A stretch of 63,401 nucleotides of DNA, filler included, from Nemertoderma westbladi (Eukaryota; Animalia; Xenacoelomorpha), in NCBI GenBank assembly GCA_032718475.1. It is 3 parts of 3 records of this genome, joined end to end, with 100 filler letters (N's around TTAATTAATTAA, not from the genome) between each part and the next. Parts side by side here need not be neighbours in the genome. Positions count along the whole stretch, not along the records: positions 1 to 27,147 come from JAUCBJ010003653.1; 2 more parts are not named here. The stretch is one strand, 5' to 3'. The translations under genes were made by a program, and so were the position numbers. The notes below the pieces were generated by a model that was not told the DNA's origin, made no database searches, and saw only the letters and a list, made by a program, of their open reading frames with translations. Positions within the stretch are counted from its first letter, which is position 1. The number at the start of each line of letters is the position of its first letter. Below are positions 11,874 to 25,142 of the stretch, one piece after another.

Positions 11874-11909
11874 TAGCTAGCTTTCACCCACAGGGCTTCT
11901 TCAGGCTAG
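11874..11909 (-). ncRNA. Minimal Penelope-type hammerhead ribozyme motif
   Basis: Minus strand UAGC-CUGAAGA-A-GCCC ugu GGGU-GAAA-GC-UA^-GCUA; palindromic AGCU replaces stem III; lies ~400 nt 3' of the Penelope ORF stop. Confidence 0.65.
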
Positions 11910-12347
11910 TTGGTTTTACGTATTTACCGAAAAACTGCACGCACTGACTGAATGACCGGTACCGGTTTCGAGGCTACATTACAAATGTTGTTGGGTCAAA
12001 TATACTGTACATGTACCTACCTGTATTCCTATCTACTGTATTCCTATCTACTGTATAGAGCTAATCATAATGATATGTGACCAAATAATTATAGTTTTAA
12101 TGTACTAGCACCAAAAATCCTAAACTAATGTATAGAGCAAAAATAATAAATATTAAATACATGTCACGAAATAATTGATTTAAATGTACTAGTACCACAA
12201 ATGTCTAATTATAATTTTGATGTCAATAAATTTATACGAGTGTAAAAAAAAATGGGTTGTAAAAAACATTATTTAATAATACAAAATTACAACAATATCC
12301 TACCAACCTGTATCGTATTCAGTTGCGTACTGTGTGTTCATAGAGGG

Positions 12348-13533
12348 TGTTCGCGCTTTCAGACCTTTAGCAGTTTAACCTGCCAAATTGGGATGTCTTT
12401 TAGATGATAGATAGTCTTTAGCCTATGACAAGTATTTGATACACTACATTAGCCGAAACCAGTCTATGCGCGATCATTCACCCGCTGGATATACCCGGGA
12501 GACTGGATTCGGGAGCCTAACCGTATTGCGGGGTAGGCCTACTGTATTATTCGACTGATCGTAATATATATAATCTCTGACAAATATTATTCACTTTCGG
12601 GAAATATTAACAGTTCCTTTAGGACGTGGCGCTTTAAATATATAAACAGAGTTATGACTTAAACTAGACACAACGGGATGGCTATAGATTCACGTATATG
12701 GCGCATTCTTTAGGAGATGCTTCGTTATCAATCACGATCATACACAATACTGCACAATGCTGCACACTAATCTGCCGACCTTCACTAATTTTAGTCGCAT
12801 ATAAGGAGAACGACAGACAATACGTGTAGGGCCTATAAAATAGCATTAGATTCACTTCAAACCACTTAATGTAAGTCGCAATTGTTATATGTAACCGGTC
12901 TCTCTAACCTTTAGTATATCAAGAAGATTGGGGTGTCTGATTATTTATCAGTATTCCAAATATAATATTCCATCAACAAATATAATGAATAACCGACAGT
13001 AAAAGCAGTAAAATGTTTAAGGTATGAATGGTTATGAATGCAGAATTGGTATGAGATATGTTAAGTGAGTGAGTGAGTAAGATATGATAACAGATATACG
13101 TTCTATAATTAAGCCTACTAATGTTGGGCTAAAGACTGAAACACGGAGGTTCCAAAGCCGGTGTTCTTAGGCTGTGGACAAAATCACATACTGACTCAAC
13201 TCCACGAGTTTCTATATACCATCTCCAACACAGAGGCAAAAAACGCTCTGATTGGTCGACCGAACAAAGAAGGAACAGAGAACAAAGAAAAGCTACACGT
13301 GTACAGCATCAGCTGTTTGCCGTCGTCATGGCAGCTACACTGTTTTAAGAGGATTTGGCGTATTGCGTCATAGAATTGCTAATTATGTCCGCTAAAGTAC
13401 ACATACAGAAGAAATGGCTTTTATGTCCTCTAAAATACCAGTACAGTAAGGACACGGCCTTTTATGCCTGTTAAACCAACTACAGAGTACTTTACGGGGA
13501 AAATAACCGGCTAATTCCGCAAAAGCCTTTACA
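12348..13533 (-). repeat. 3' LTR of the BEL/Pao element
   Basis: Direct repeat of 23633-24818 with roughly ten differences seen by eye. Confidence 0.95.
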
Positions 13534-14460
13534 CCGCTCCCAGAAAATGGGATTTAAGTCTATAAAATATAACAAATCACAGTTTCTAAAATATAAAAAT
13601 ACTCTAAACAGTTAGTCTTTCTTACGAGGACGGCGTTTACGCAGTTTTTTGAGGCTAGCAAGAGTCCTTTTCTCTTTGGGGGGAGCCACTTTACTAGGTG
13701 GGCTATAAATCCTGGGTGAAGGGTGCAATATGATTGCATCAGAAGGTGTAGGATTATGGTCGGGGTATCCGCCGTTTCGATATGCTTCTCCTCGAGCTGA
13801 TTTTCCTCCGCTCGTAGCTGGATACGTTCATCCAAAAACTCTCGCAGAGAATAGGGTCGTCCAAGTTCGATAACTTCTTAGAGATTCTGGATTTCCCGAT
13901 CGAACTGAGATAAAGTTACTTTGTTTACCGCTTGGACTTGCTAGTGCAATTTACGTTTATCTGAACAAGCGTAAGTTCCTTTTCTGATCTTTGTAGAATA
14001 GCGTCTAACTCATTTGGTACAACGCTCTCCGCCACTTTGGTGACAGGTTATATCGTGTTAAGCCGGGACGATGGTAAGGGTTAAACGGCGATATTAAATG
14101 TCCGCGTCCCAATCCGGCTAGGTAGGATGGGCTAATATCTAGGAAGCCCACAATTGGGGTGCCACCGACTAATTGTTCAGTAACACTAGATCTTTGAACA
14201 GTGAGTACAGCTCGGGAGGATCCGTCATACTAATAGGATCAAGAGTCTGAGGTCTCACTAGGGAATGAGGAGGTCTGATCGAGTATTCCGAAACTCTGAT
14301 CATTGGTTTATTTAAGGATCATCTGAGTCGAACGAGCGTAGGTGATACGTCAAACAAATTTCGCTAGAAACTCCCGCCAGTATAGCGAGTAAAACCGTGT
14401 TTAGTGCAACGTCTCCGCGGATGTTTATGTCTTTCCGTTTATTGGTTGGGTCTTGGGCAT

Positions 14461-14994
14461 TCATCGCAATAATACCAAAACGCACGTCTTGTAGGGGAAA
14501 CGCGAGTGATCTTTCTCCAGCTTACAATATTCCTCCATCCGTTCGAAGCTATCCGGTACAACAGGTAGCGGTCGATCGGCGGTAAGATACATCATAGTGG
14601 AATAGAGCCGTTTGAGTTCTACCATGCGGTCATGATGTATACCTTGAGGGTATCGAGTTTCTAGATTCTGTTGACTGGTAATATCGAGATAGGTTTCTCT
14701 CAAGAATTCCAGGTATTTGGTGAAGTCGCTGCGTTTATCCGGCTCTTCAACATCTGCACTTTCGAGTCGGTTTCGAATAGAATTTTCGTGTTCGAGTCTC
14801 AGTTTATCGTTCCGCTTCCGCTGGGTATGATATTTAAATAAAACCATTTCCCTTTTGGTGTCTATATCGTTCGTATCGTGTAGGTCGATAGGATGACCAG
14901 TAGTTAAGAAGTCCATATACGTACCATTACGATGAGTATAGCGAGCGGTGAATTTTCTACAGTCCAACCCACGCGCAAGTTGCTCCCGGGACAT
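14461..14994 (-). CDS. Extra 177-aa ORF of unknown function in the 3' internal region of the BEL element
   Basis: ATG-initiated, same strand as gag, protein-like composition; no motif recognised. Confidence 0.4.
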   Translation of the reverse strand: MSREQLARGLDCRKFTARYTHRNGTYMDFLTTGHPIDLHDTNDIDTKREMVLFKYHTQRKRNDKLRLEHENSIRNRLESADVEEPDKRSDFTKYLEFLRETYLDITSQQNLETRYPQGIHHDRMVELKRLYSTMMYLTADRPLPVVPDSFERMEEYCKLEKDHSRFPYKTCVLVLLR

Positions 14995-16777
14995 TGGCGG
15001 TTAGATATAACGACCATCGTCCTCCGTAGTAGTTGGACCAGCGTCGCCGCGTATCAAGCTATCAACAAACGCTTGTAAAGGTAGAGTATATCGCTCCCTG
15101 ATACCAAGATCATCTTCTATCAACTCAATCATATCTGCTATATAAGTTTATCCATATTATAATGAGTTTATATTTAGGCGAGCGGGCGTCGCTGCCTACC
15201 CCTCTCTGCCCCCGGACAGTGCGAGATCCTCAGCGCTGGTGTACTTTCGCCGATGTGCCTATCGCCAACGTCGTAGCTGCACAACGACTACAACAACCAG
15301 CACGAGTCACTCCACCGTCCGTCCCAAAGGCTTAGATATACTTCAGGTTCTTACTGGAGAGTTAGGGTTACTTTCACAATTGCGACTCGCTACTGTAAAC
15401 ACACCTTAGTAGTAACATTCACCTACAAACGCACAAATTCCACGTAACTGTCACAAATGGTACACATTCTATCACACATTCGGGTCATTTGTCCGTTAGT
15501 CAAGTGCCTTCCAGAATGTCACGTTGTTATTATGTATCCTTGGATACTAGCGGTGTGCTATTTATTCCGTATGCTATTCAATGGGGCAAGCTTTCTATTG
15601 TTCTTTAACTCACTTCTAATTCTAGCGTGGTTGTTGCCATGGTGACATTATGGAAAGCTAGCGGTAGAATTAGGGTAATTCTCATGCATACAGATCTGGG
15701 ATGCTATTTAATAGTAATTCTTTAATTGTCAATATTTCTCCTTATACATGATTTTATGAATTTTATTGGCTATTGACTATATTGGAGATTCTCGCACACT
15801 AATACACTTAATAGAGTGAATCTCCGCTCCCATGATCTATTAATTAAAGGAATTTTGGGAATGTTATAAATTGTATAAAAATAACAATTTATTAAATTCA
15901 TTAAAATATATGAATTTAAATTTATTCCCGTAAATTTTATTATTTAATGTTAAATAGACACAATTTTATTCCAGAACGTGTCTGGGGACTGGGATCCTTG
16001 ATTCTAGGAATTTTGACCTTTTAAGAGTATCGGTAAGTGCTACGATATCTTAATCGACTAGAATTTTAAAGGATCTAAAATTTCGACAGATTTTATAAAT
16101 ATTAATAATTAATATTTAGGATGGGCACCAGTTTATTCCAGAACTTGTCTGGGGACGTTAACCACTGATTCTAGAATTTGTCTTTCAAGTATATCGGTGG
16201 GTGCCGCGATATCTTAATCGACTAGAATTACAGATGGTCAAAGGGTTTAACAGATTTATTTGCGTTGTACGCCACTGTTAAAGGGACATCACGCTACTAT
16301 ATGTATTATTCAATATACGGTATGAGAGCAATATCGCACGAAGCAATGTCAGTGAGAAGAGGCAAGTCGTTTCCAAGGTCTACCCAGAGCTTGGTTTAGC
16401 CGAGACACGAGGATCTGAATTTTGCATTCCTAATACTCTGCTTACCAATAATACTTAAATATAGTAGGAGCTTTATTGTACTTTAATAAGTACGGATATT
16501 TCATCTTACTGTAGTCACGTATTTATAATATGATACGGACAGTAAGGAAAGAGAAAACGAATTATTTCTCGCCGTCGCACTAAATATAATATATAAGTAA
16601 TTAAGTAATAAACACTAATATATATTGCACTAATCTACTAAATAATCGCTAAATAACATTTGACTAAATAAAATTAAAGAAAACGATTATAATAAAATTA
16701 CATAATAATACATACATAATATAAAATAATAAAAATAAATATAAAATAATATAGTCACACACCCACTCCATATGTTG

Positions 16778-19700
16778 TTACGTTATGGAGTCCCTTGATA
16801 TTTGTCGGATTAGGGAAGTGGTCGTAGGAAGAGTATCTTGCCTTCCATAGTTTCCGGACAGTTGTCGGTCTCTTTCTAGTAAATATAAACAACCAGATGG
16901 GCGCTTGAGTTGTTGTGTTACTTTCTCCGCTCCCTTGGCCTGTCTAATCTCAGCCGGTTTAAGGTGGGGAGGCCATTCATCTTCTTTACTTAGGAAGTCG
17001 GGTTCACCTAACCAGTCTGGAGTATCTGTCAGTTCTTGAGGAGTTGCTCCTCTGGAGGCGATGTTGGCTAGATTAATCGTCTCGGGGCAATGTCTCCATT
17101 GATCTACATTGGAGTTGATGTCGTCATTATCTGAGGAGTATGGTCTTCCCTCAGTTGGATCGTCTAACTCACTGCTCTCATCTTCCCATTCTCTTACTTG
17201 ATATACCTGATCTTTCGGTAATCTTTCCATGAGAGTTCTACGGGAAGGGCCAGTAAAGTACCAACCCACTCTAGTTCTTCCCGCATAAGCTTGTAGTGGT
17301 TGCGGTTGAGCAGGCCGTTTCTCCAATGTCTCGAGCGCTTCATGCGCATTTTGACCGATGAGTATTTGGACTCCAGGGTAATCGGTGTTGAATCTAGGTA
17401 TTTCAAGCTGCTGGGTGAAATCGTTCTCATCCCAGTTATAAGGTTCCACTTGGCTGGTAGCGAAGTTCTTTATCGCTACCATTTTTACTGACCTTATGCT
17501 GTGTTCTCCTAGTTCATCCTGGGGGGTGGACAACGCGCCTACATAATAATCCGCTATTACGGTAGATTTCCAAACCTGCATAATTCCTGACATGTTTAGC
17601 TTAGTTCGGAACTTGGGTTGTCCAGCAAAGATGTCTTCGGCTAGTTCTTTGTCGATGAATGTTCCTGTACTACCGGAGTCAAGGAGGGCGTTCACTATAT
17701 AACACCTTGTAGGTCCGTGGACCCTTAACTGTACTACAGGAAATTCTCGGATTCCTACATTGGAAGTTGGTGCTTTCCAAGATGGTTGTCTGTCAGAAGT
17801 AGTTAGGGGGAGCTCGCTGTCGGTGTCCTTTTCATACGTAAGTGCTCGATACACTGCAGTATTTGTCAGGTAACAGGATTCGTTTTCGTCGGAGAATTCG
17901 TCCGTATAGAATCCTTCCATCTCAGAACTTTGGTCAGTGTCGTTCACATTACTGAATTGGACATGTAGTTCGGACTCACTTACCTGACTCGGGCTGTTTC
18001 TTTCGAATTCGGTGTGCAACAAAGTATGATGTTTCGCGCCGCACTTCGCACACCTTGCGTCGGAGTAACAGGTTCGCCGTTGGTGTCCTCGTCTGAGACA
18101 ATTATAACACAACCGCTTATCCCACATGACTTCACGTCTATCCTTTAATGATTTCTTTAGGAATTCATTACACACATTTAAACGGTGGGGCCCGTCGCAC
18201 AACACACATTTGGGCTTGATGTTACTTACTTTAACATGTGCTGTGTGGTGCACGCTCGTTCTTTCCTCGGGCTTTCTTCCGTGAATTCTTTTAGGAGACG
18301 TGGGAGGAGTTTTTCTTACCTGTTCTCTCCTGTCATTGGTTCGAGACTTGAATTTACTTACGTCCTTAGGCGTTGTGTTGTCATAGTAAGATCTTTCAGT
18401 GTCTTTCCCGCTGTCTTCCTCTCGAGAAGTCTGGCTTTCGTCGTCGTCTGTATAACACACTGGTATTACCTTTCTCCTAGAAACGGGTTTCTCACTTACC
18501 TTATTTTCCGGTGTCTTCTCTCTGGACTGCTTTAGGAGCTGTAGTTTTACCTCGCTATCCAAGAATGACATGAGATCAGCCATGGTAGGGTCTCGTCGTT
18601 GTTGCTCCATCATATATAATACTTTCTTGTCCCAGCGTGTACCTACTCCACCCTTTGGCAGAGTTGATGCTAAGGCTCCTACAACCATAGAATTCTGGTA
18701 TTCATGAGACTTACCTAACCAATCTAGCTGTCTACAGATCTCCTGAATTTCGTCGGAAAACTCTATAATCTCGCTGCTAAGAAACTTTCGGGGCGCCATT
18801 AATTTTGCATACAAATACCTAGCTATGTTATTCCTATTACCATACCTGATGTTTAATGTATCCCAAACTTGTCTTAATCCATCTGGATGTCCAATAAACT
18901 TTAACGCCATTAACTTGGGAGATCCTTCCAAGCACTCGATGAGGAATCTAAGTTTCTCTCCGTTAGATAGCACAGAGTTCTGTATGTTATCTTTGTAATA
19001 TTCATTAAAAGGTAACCATTTCATCTCATCTCCATTGAACTTGACGATCTCTCCCATCTTTACCGCTTGACGGGCTTCCGTTCTAGCCATTTGACGCGTA
19101 AAACTTTCTTGGGCCATCGTATTATTTAATATCGAGTTATCGGTATATAAATTTCTCGGATTATTATCAAGTCTATATGGAATATCACTGTCAACAGGTT
19201 TATAATTACCCTTAATAGGGTTTACTATAGGAGTTTCTACTTCACTAGCAGTATAGATGCGTGTAGGCTCCACACCTTGCGCATGAGATACTTCAGACCT
19301 AACAGGTTGACACATTGTTACAGGGGGTGGTGGTATACCTCTTTGTGTATTTACTAATTTATCGCGTTCTAATGCGATACTTTGCTGCACTTCTTGCAAC
19401 TCTAACCTACTTTCCCTTACTGTGCCCTTGAATTACTGAACAGTCTCCTGCATCTGCCCGAGCAGGAGATCCATCCCCCGTCGTCTCTCATCCACCCACT
19501 CGACCGCCGAAGCGGGAGCCGCCAACGTTGTAGCGGGCGGACGAGGGACAACGGGTGACAAATCATTAATTTTTCGCTCGGAGTCAGGGACATGAACATT
19601 TTCAGGGGTGGTTCTGTGGGGCACAGGTAGCTTAGTGCTGTGCAGAGGGAATTTAGAGGTAGGTTCTGGGAGCACAGGTGTCTCTATCACCGAAGGGGTG

Positions 19701-21448
19701 ATTTCAAGAACAGGCCTAATTATTTCAGGCTCATCTACTATAGTAGGGAGTCTTTCTATTTTAATTATTTGGTCTGTGGGTTCTGCACTACCTAAGTCTG
19801 TGTTAGTTAGTTGCCTTCTAACAGCTGGGGGCAAATCAGGCAATTTGTGACGGTGAGATGTTCTTCTACGCCTACTTAGACGAGATCTATTTCCTCCGCC
19901 TTCAGGATCGGTGGTATCGCCTTCCTCAGATGATGTATAACCTTGTCTTTTGGGAGTAGATTGATTCATCATCTGCATATTACTAGCTGTTAACTGTTTA
20001 TTAAAGTTGTCTTGCCTCTCTTGAAGATTTTCCAACTCTAGTTGGGCAGTCTCTTCAGACGCTCTCCGTTCTGCTTCTGCCACTGCCTCTGCCGCTGCCA
20101 CTGCCGCTTTTCTTTCCGCTTCGGCCGCTGCCACTGCCGCTTTTCTTTCCGCTTCTGCCTCTGCCGCTGCCGCTGCTGCCTTTCTTTCCGCTTCTGCTTC
20201 TGCCGCTGCCGTTGCCGCTGCCGCTTTTCTTTCCGCTTCTGCCGCTGCCACTGCTGCTGCCACTGCCGCTGTCTTTCTGTCTTCTATACGTTTTTTCTTT
20301 ACTTGTTCGTCTTGAACCTTAGCGATGCGGATGCTTTCATTGAATTTAGCTTGGTTCGCAGCTAACCTATCCACATCAATTGCGTCCAACACAAGCTTGG
20401 CTCCTTCACTATTAGGGCTAAGTCCATCCAGCCGTCTCCTCAACTCTTTGTCACCTACAAAGCGTTGATAGTCTGACAGATAGATGTCAATAGCATCCCT
20501 CTTATGCGGTTTCTCTGCTGTCGCTTCACTTTCCACTTGGGAAAAGGTGGCGTCTGTTGATTCTCCAAGGGTTGAGCGCTCATCTAACTGAGATTTCCAC
20601 GGGGCAGTTCTTTGAACTTGGAGACTCACCCGTTGAAACCAAGTCTTTACGGCAACTTGCAACGACGTGTCTTGTCTTCTTTTAGAAGCCTCCTCAAAGG
20701 CCGATAAGATTAGCCTGATTCGTAGGATTCTTTCTCTAACTTGATAAAGCAGCTGTCCCTGCTCTTGAGGTCCTTGGGGTTGTTGAAACAGTTGTTCTTT
20801 TAATCGCTCCATAGAGCTGAAGAGTCCCTGTACGTATCCTGCTGCTGACCTCTTCCACACAGCTGGATCGATGGTTTCCTTGGTTACTCCCATCCTGTGT
20901 ATGTCTTCCCAGGCAGCTTCTGATAAATCAAACGGGAGTCCGGGTCCGGGGAAGTTCCATTGCGACTCGACAATAGACTTCAGTTCTTCCCTTGTGTATC
21001 CCGCATAACTATCTTTAGTCGATCGCTTATTTCTCGCCCAATCGATCTGGTGTTCTTCCACCGCAATCAATAACCTAGTGAGTACGGCTGCAGGAAGGAT
21101 GAGAAGGGGATCCGAATAAACCGCATCCGTCATCTTTGCTCCGCGCTCGGGTGTCAGCTCTACAGTATCCTCACTACTGGAGCTGTCGGGCCGTTGAGAA
21201 ATAAGTTCTTGGCTCGCGGGTTGTTGCTGTTCCGCTGCTTCTTGGTCCCGCTTGACCTGAGCTCGAGTGCCTATGATAGACCTACGATGTTGGACTAGCC
21301 TAGGGTCTGATATTACTACGGGAGGGATGATCTTTCTTACAGTAGGAGGTGAGTTGAACTTCGGTCCTACACGTTCCACACTCCTGTCTGGGTCACATAT
21401 GGTTGTATCTAGGAGACTGTCTGACAGGTTTTGCTTTGTGTCAGACAT
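16778..21448 (-). CDS. BEL/Pao Gag-protease polyprotein: the 671-aa and 873-aa ORFs share a frame and are separated by one TAA at 19433-19435
   Basis: DUF1759-like KFNGD..WLPF region, triple knuckle CVLCDGPH..C / CYNC..GH..C / CAKC..HHTLLH, protease ALLDSGST, post-RNase H remnant WRHCP..NLANIASRG..W..EPDFL. Confidence 0.85.
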
Positions 21449-23632
21449 GTTGGTTTGTACAGTTGAATGCTTACTGCTATATTACAGTTTAAGCAAGTCT
21501 AGTAATTCAGTATCACCGTTAGCCTAGTAATTAATTACCGATACTGCTACTCAGTGTAGCGTGATATATATATAATATATTAGAATACCGGTATGCTTAT
21601 AGTATATATAAGTATTATTACAGACTAGGTTTGTCACAGAATACCGGTAGGTAATTTCAGCACAAATATATATAAATATATAATAGGCCTATCGTGAATA
21701 CCGGTATGCAGCTTACACTTATAGTATATATAAGTATAATTATGAACTAGAATTAATTACAGAATACCGGTATAATTTCAGCCTAAAATTTATAGAAATA
21801 AATATAATAAGCCTATGGTAAATACCGGTATGTCAATTATTTTAAATAATTGAATTTCTGAATTTTTAGGGATTACTTGGTTACTTTGCTTTACTTGATT
21901 ACCGTTATTTAAGCAGTAGTCCAACTGATATTTAGACCTAATTGTTGTGTGACAGGCCTACTATTTTATAAATCGGTTTGAGTTGATTTATAATATATAT
22001 ACCCCTATAATGGGTTTTTGTCAATATTTGAAATAAATGTTATTATTTCTGGGGGGAGTCACTACACAGAAGCTGTGCGCTCTCAGTGAAGTGCTACTTG
22101 TTGGACACTAAAACAAATAATTCTAATTTACCTAAGTTACTTAATACTACAAATTACATACAATTTGGGTGAGATTACAATCTCTAAATAAACACAAAAA
22201 TTACAAGTACGAATTTTTAGGGTAATTTTACAAGAAGTCTACAAACCAGCCTAACAAAGGGTTAGAATATCTGGTTATTACAACGGACAGGTTACTACGG
22301 TATTTGAAAATAATAAGTAGTAGTAAATATACTGCGTTGTCCAGATAGAAAAATACCACCGTCTGACGACTTATAGCCGTATCGCTATAAGTACTACGTT
22401 ATGTATCACGGAGTGTTCCTACCTAGAAGTTAATTACCGCGGTCTACCAGAACCAACGTGCCTATTAACCACTTTACAACACAAATATACTGCCTACACA
22501 CTAATCACCTTCGGAAAGCACTGTACACTAAACCCTAAATTAGGTACAAGTACTTATATAACAAATAACCAGCAGTTAGAAATACTTGTACAGCTAAAGG
22601 AACCACGGTATCTGCCGGAGTGACCAAAGCATAAAATCTCCAGTCTTTACCTACGCCAAGCAGCCCTGATGTAGTACCGGGGTTAGTTTAACTATAACGG
22701 TATATATAACAAGCACAATTACTGTAGGAATAAACTTGGGGATATGAAGGTTGCGAATCATCGCATAAACTCTGAATAATAAATATTACGCTACGCGTAC
22801 AGACTACTCAAACAAAATGCAGACCAAATGATGACAGACTACTATCAAGCCCAAACAAACTACGGTATATGCAGACTCCGAAATGGTTAGTTAGTATGCG
22901 TTCTAACCGAGTAGTACGACTTATTCTTTCGAGGGGGTTTACCTCACAGCTCTGGAAGCCCCTACGTTCCCAACTGGCACTTTATCGGACATACACTCTA
23001 CACATACCGAAATCTCTCAAGACCTAACAACAGCCAGACAAAATCCAGCCTACAAATTATCTAAGTAAGAAATATTACGCTACCCGTACAAACTACACAA
23101 ACAAAGTACAGACCAAACGCTGGCAGACTACTATCAAGCCTAAATAAACTACAGTATATGCAGACTCCGAAATGGTTAGTTAGTATGCATTCTAACCGAG
23201 TAGTACGACTTATTCTTTCGAGGGGGTTCACCTCACAGCACTGGCAGCCCCTACTTTCCTAACTAGTACTTTTTCGGACATACGCTCTACACACACTACA
23301 GTCCCTTCAGACTTAACAACAGTCAGACAACAGTCCAGCCTACAAATTGTCTGTACAATCTGAGCAGGCTTACACGCCTTCTGCTCAATATTGGCCTACA
23401 AATAAATAAACTTGACAGAAATAAGTAAAATCTCAATAAAAAACCAGGGCGGGCCCTCCCTGATTCAATATTAAGGCCTACCGGTATATAATTATCAAAT
23501 TCGAATAATACTGCTGTACCTGTACTGCTGTAGGTACCGGTCCGGGTGGTTAGGTAGTCAGGCCTACTAGGTACCGGTTGTCCGGTACTTCAGCTTTATT
23601 GCCTACTGCAATACAGAAGCTATATCTGTTAT

Positions 23633-24818
23633 TGTTTGCGCTTTCAGACCTTTAGCAGTTTAACCTGCCAAATTGGGATGTCTTTTAGATGATAGATAGT
23701 CTTTAGCCTATGACAAGTATTTGATACACTACATTAGCCGAAACCAGTCTATGCGCGATCATTCAAACGCTGGATATACCCGGGAGACTGGATTCGGGAG
23801 CCTAACCGTATTGCGGGGTAGGCCTACTGTATTATTCGACTGATCGTAATATATATAATCTCTGACAAATATTATTCACTTTCGGGAAATATTAACAGTT
23901 CCTTTAGGACGTGGCGCTTTAAATATATAAACAGAGTTATGACTTAAACTAGACACAATGGGATGGCTATAGATTCACGTATATGGCGCATTCTTTAGGA
24001 GATGCTTCGTTATCAATCACGATCATACACAATACTGCACAATGCTGCACACTAATCTGCCGACCTTCACTAATTTTAGTCACATATAAGGAGAACGACA
24101 GACAATACGTGTAGGGCCTATAAAATAGCATTAGATTCACTTCAAACCACTTAATGTAAGTCGCAATTGTTATATGTAACCAGTCTCTCTAACCTTTAGT
24201 ATATCAAGAAGATTGGGGTGTCTGATTATTTATCAGTATTCCAAATATAATATTCCATCAACAAATATAATGAATAACCGACAGTAAAAGCAGTAAAATG
24301 TTTAAGGTATGAATGGTTATGAATGCAGAATTGGTATGAGATATGTTAAGTGAGTGAGTGAGTAAGATATGATAACAGATATACGTTCTATAATTAAGCC
24401 TACTAATGTTGGGCTAAAGACTGAAACACGGAGGTTCCAAAGCCGGTGTTCTTAGGCTGTGGACAAAATCACATACTGACTCAACTCCACGAGTTTCTAT
24501 ATACCATCTCCAACACAGAGGCAAAAAACGCTCTGATTGGTCGACCGAACAAAGAAGGAACAGAGAACAAAGAAAAGCTACACGTGTACAGCATCAGCTG
24601 TTAGCCGTCGTCATGGCAGCTACACTGTTTCAAGAGGATTTGGCGTATTGCGTCATAGAATTGCTAATTATGTCCGCTAAAGTACACATACAGAAGAAAT
24701 GGCTTTTATGTCCTCTAAAATACCAGTACAGTAAGGACACGGCCTTTTATGCCTGTTAAACCAACTACAGAGTACTTTACGGGGAAAATAACCGGCTAAT
24801 TCCGCAAAAGCCTTTACA
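23633..24818 (-). repeat. 5' LTR of the BEL/Pao element
   Basis: Direct repeat of 12348-13533, followed by the TSD GAGGG. Confidence 0.95.
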
Positions 24819-25142
24819 GAGGGTGCTTTCCTATTTATCAGTACGTGTTCCGCTAATTTCCTATCTGGCCAGTCCTTGCATCGCCGGAGAATAGTTGTTG
24901 TGAACGGGTGGTCTGTATGTGTGTCGCTATGTTTGTGTGTGAAATGTGCGCCGACCGAGTTATCTTTCTTTCTGTTACGGTTACGGATGGCGTTGCGATG
25001 CTGCATGATGCGCCCCCTGACGGGTCCGACAGTTTCCCCTATATAGTCCTCAGGACATATGTTGCATTTGACATGATATACGATATTTTTCCTGATGCAG
25101 TTCTTAATACCATGGTGACATGTATAGCACTGGGTGTTGGGT

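Larger units (their letters stand above)
12348..24818 (-). mobile_element. BEL/Pao LTR retrotransposon with both ends intact, internally deleted (non-autonomous)
   Basis: Two 1186-bp TG..CA LTRs (12348-13533 and 23633-24818), 5-bp TSD GAGGG (12343-12347 and 24819-24823), short purine tract GGGAGCGG abutting the 3' LTR on the minus strand, BEL-type gag and protease. Confidence 0.92.

Noticed and set aside
13560-13835. 91-aa ORF also present at 58117-58395
   Set aside because: Non-ATG start, and the two copies are too similar at DNA level for ORF retention to indicate coding function.
22363-22395. CTGACGA followed by a hairpin, resembling a hammerhead
   Set aside because: No GAAA after the stem and no stem I or III.
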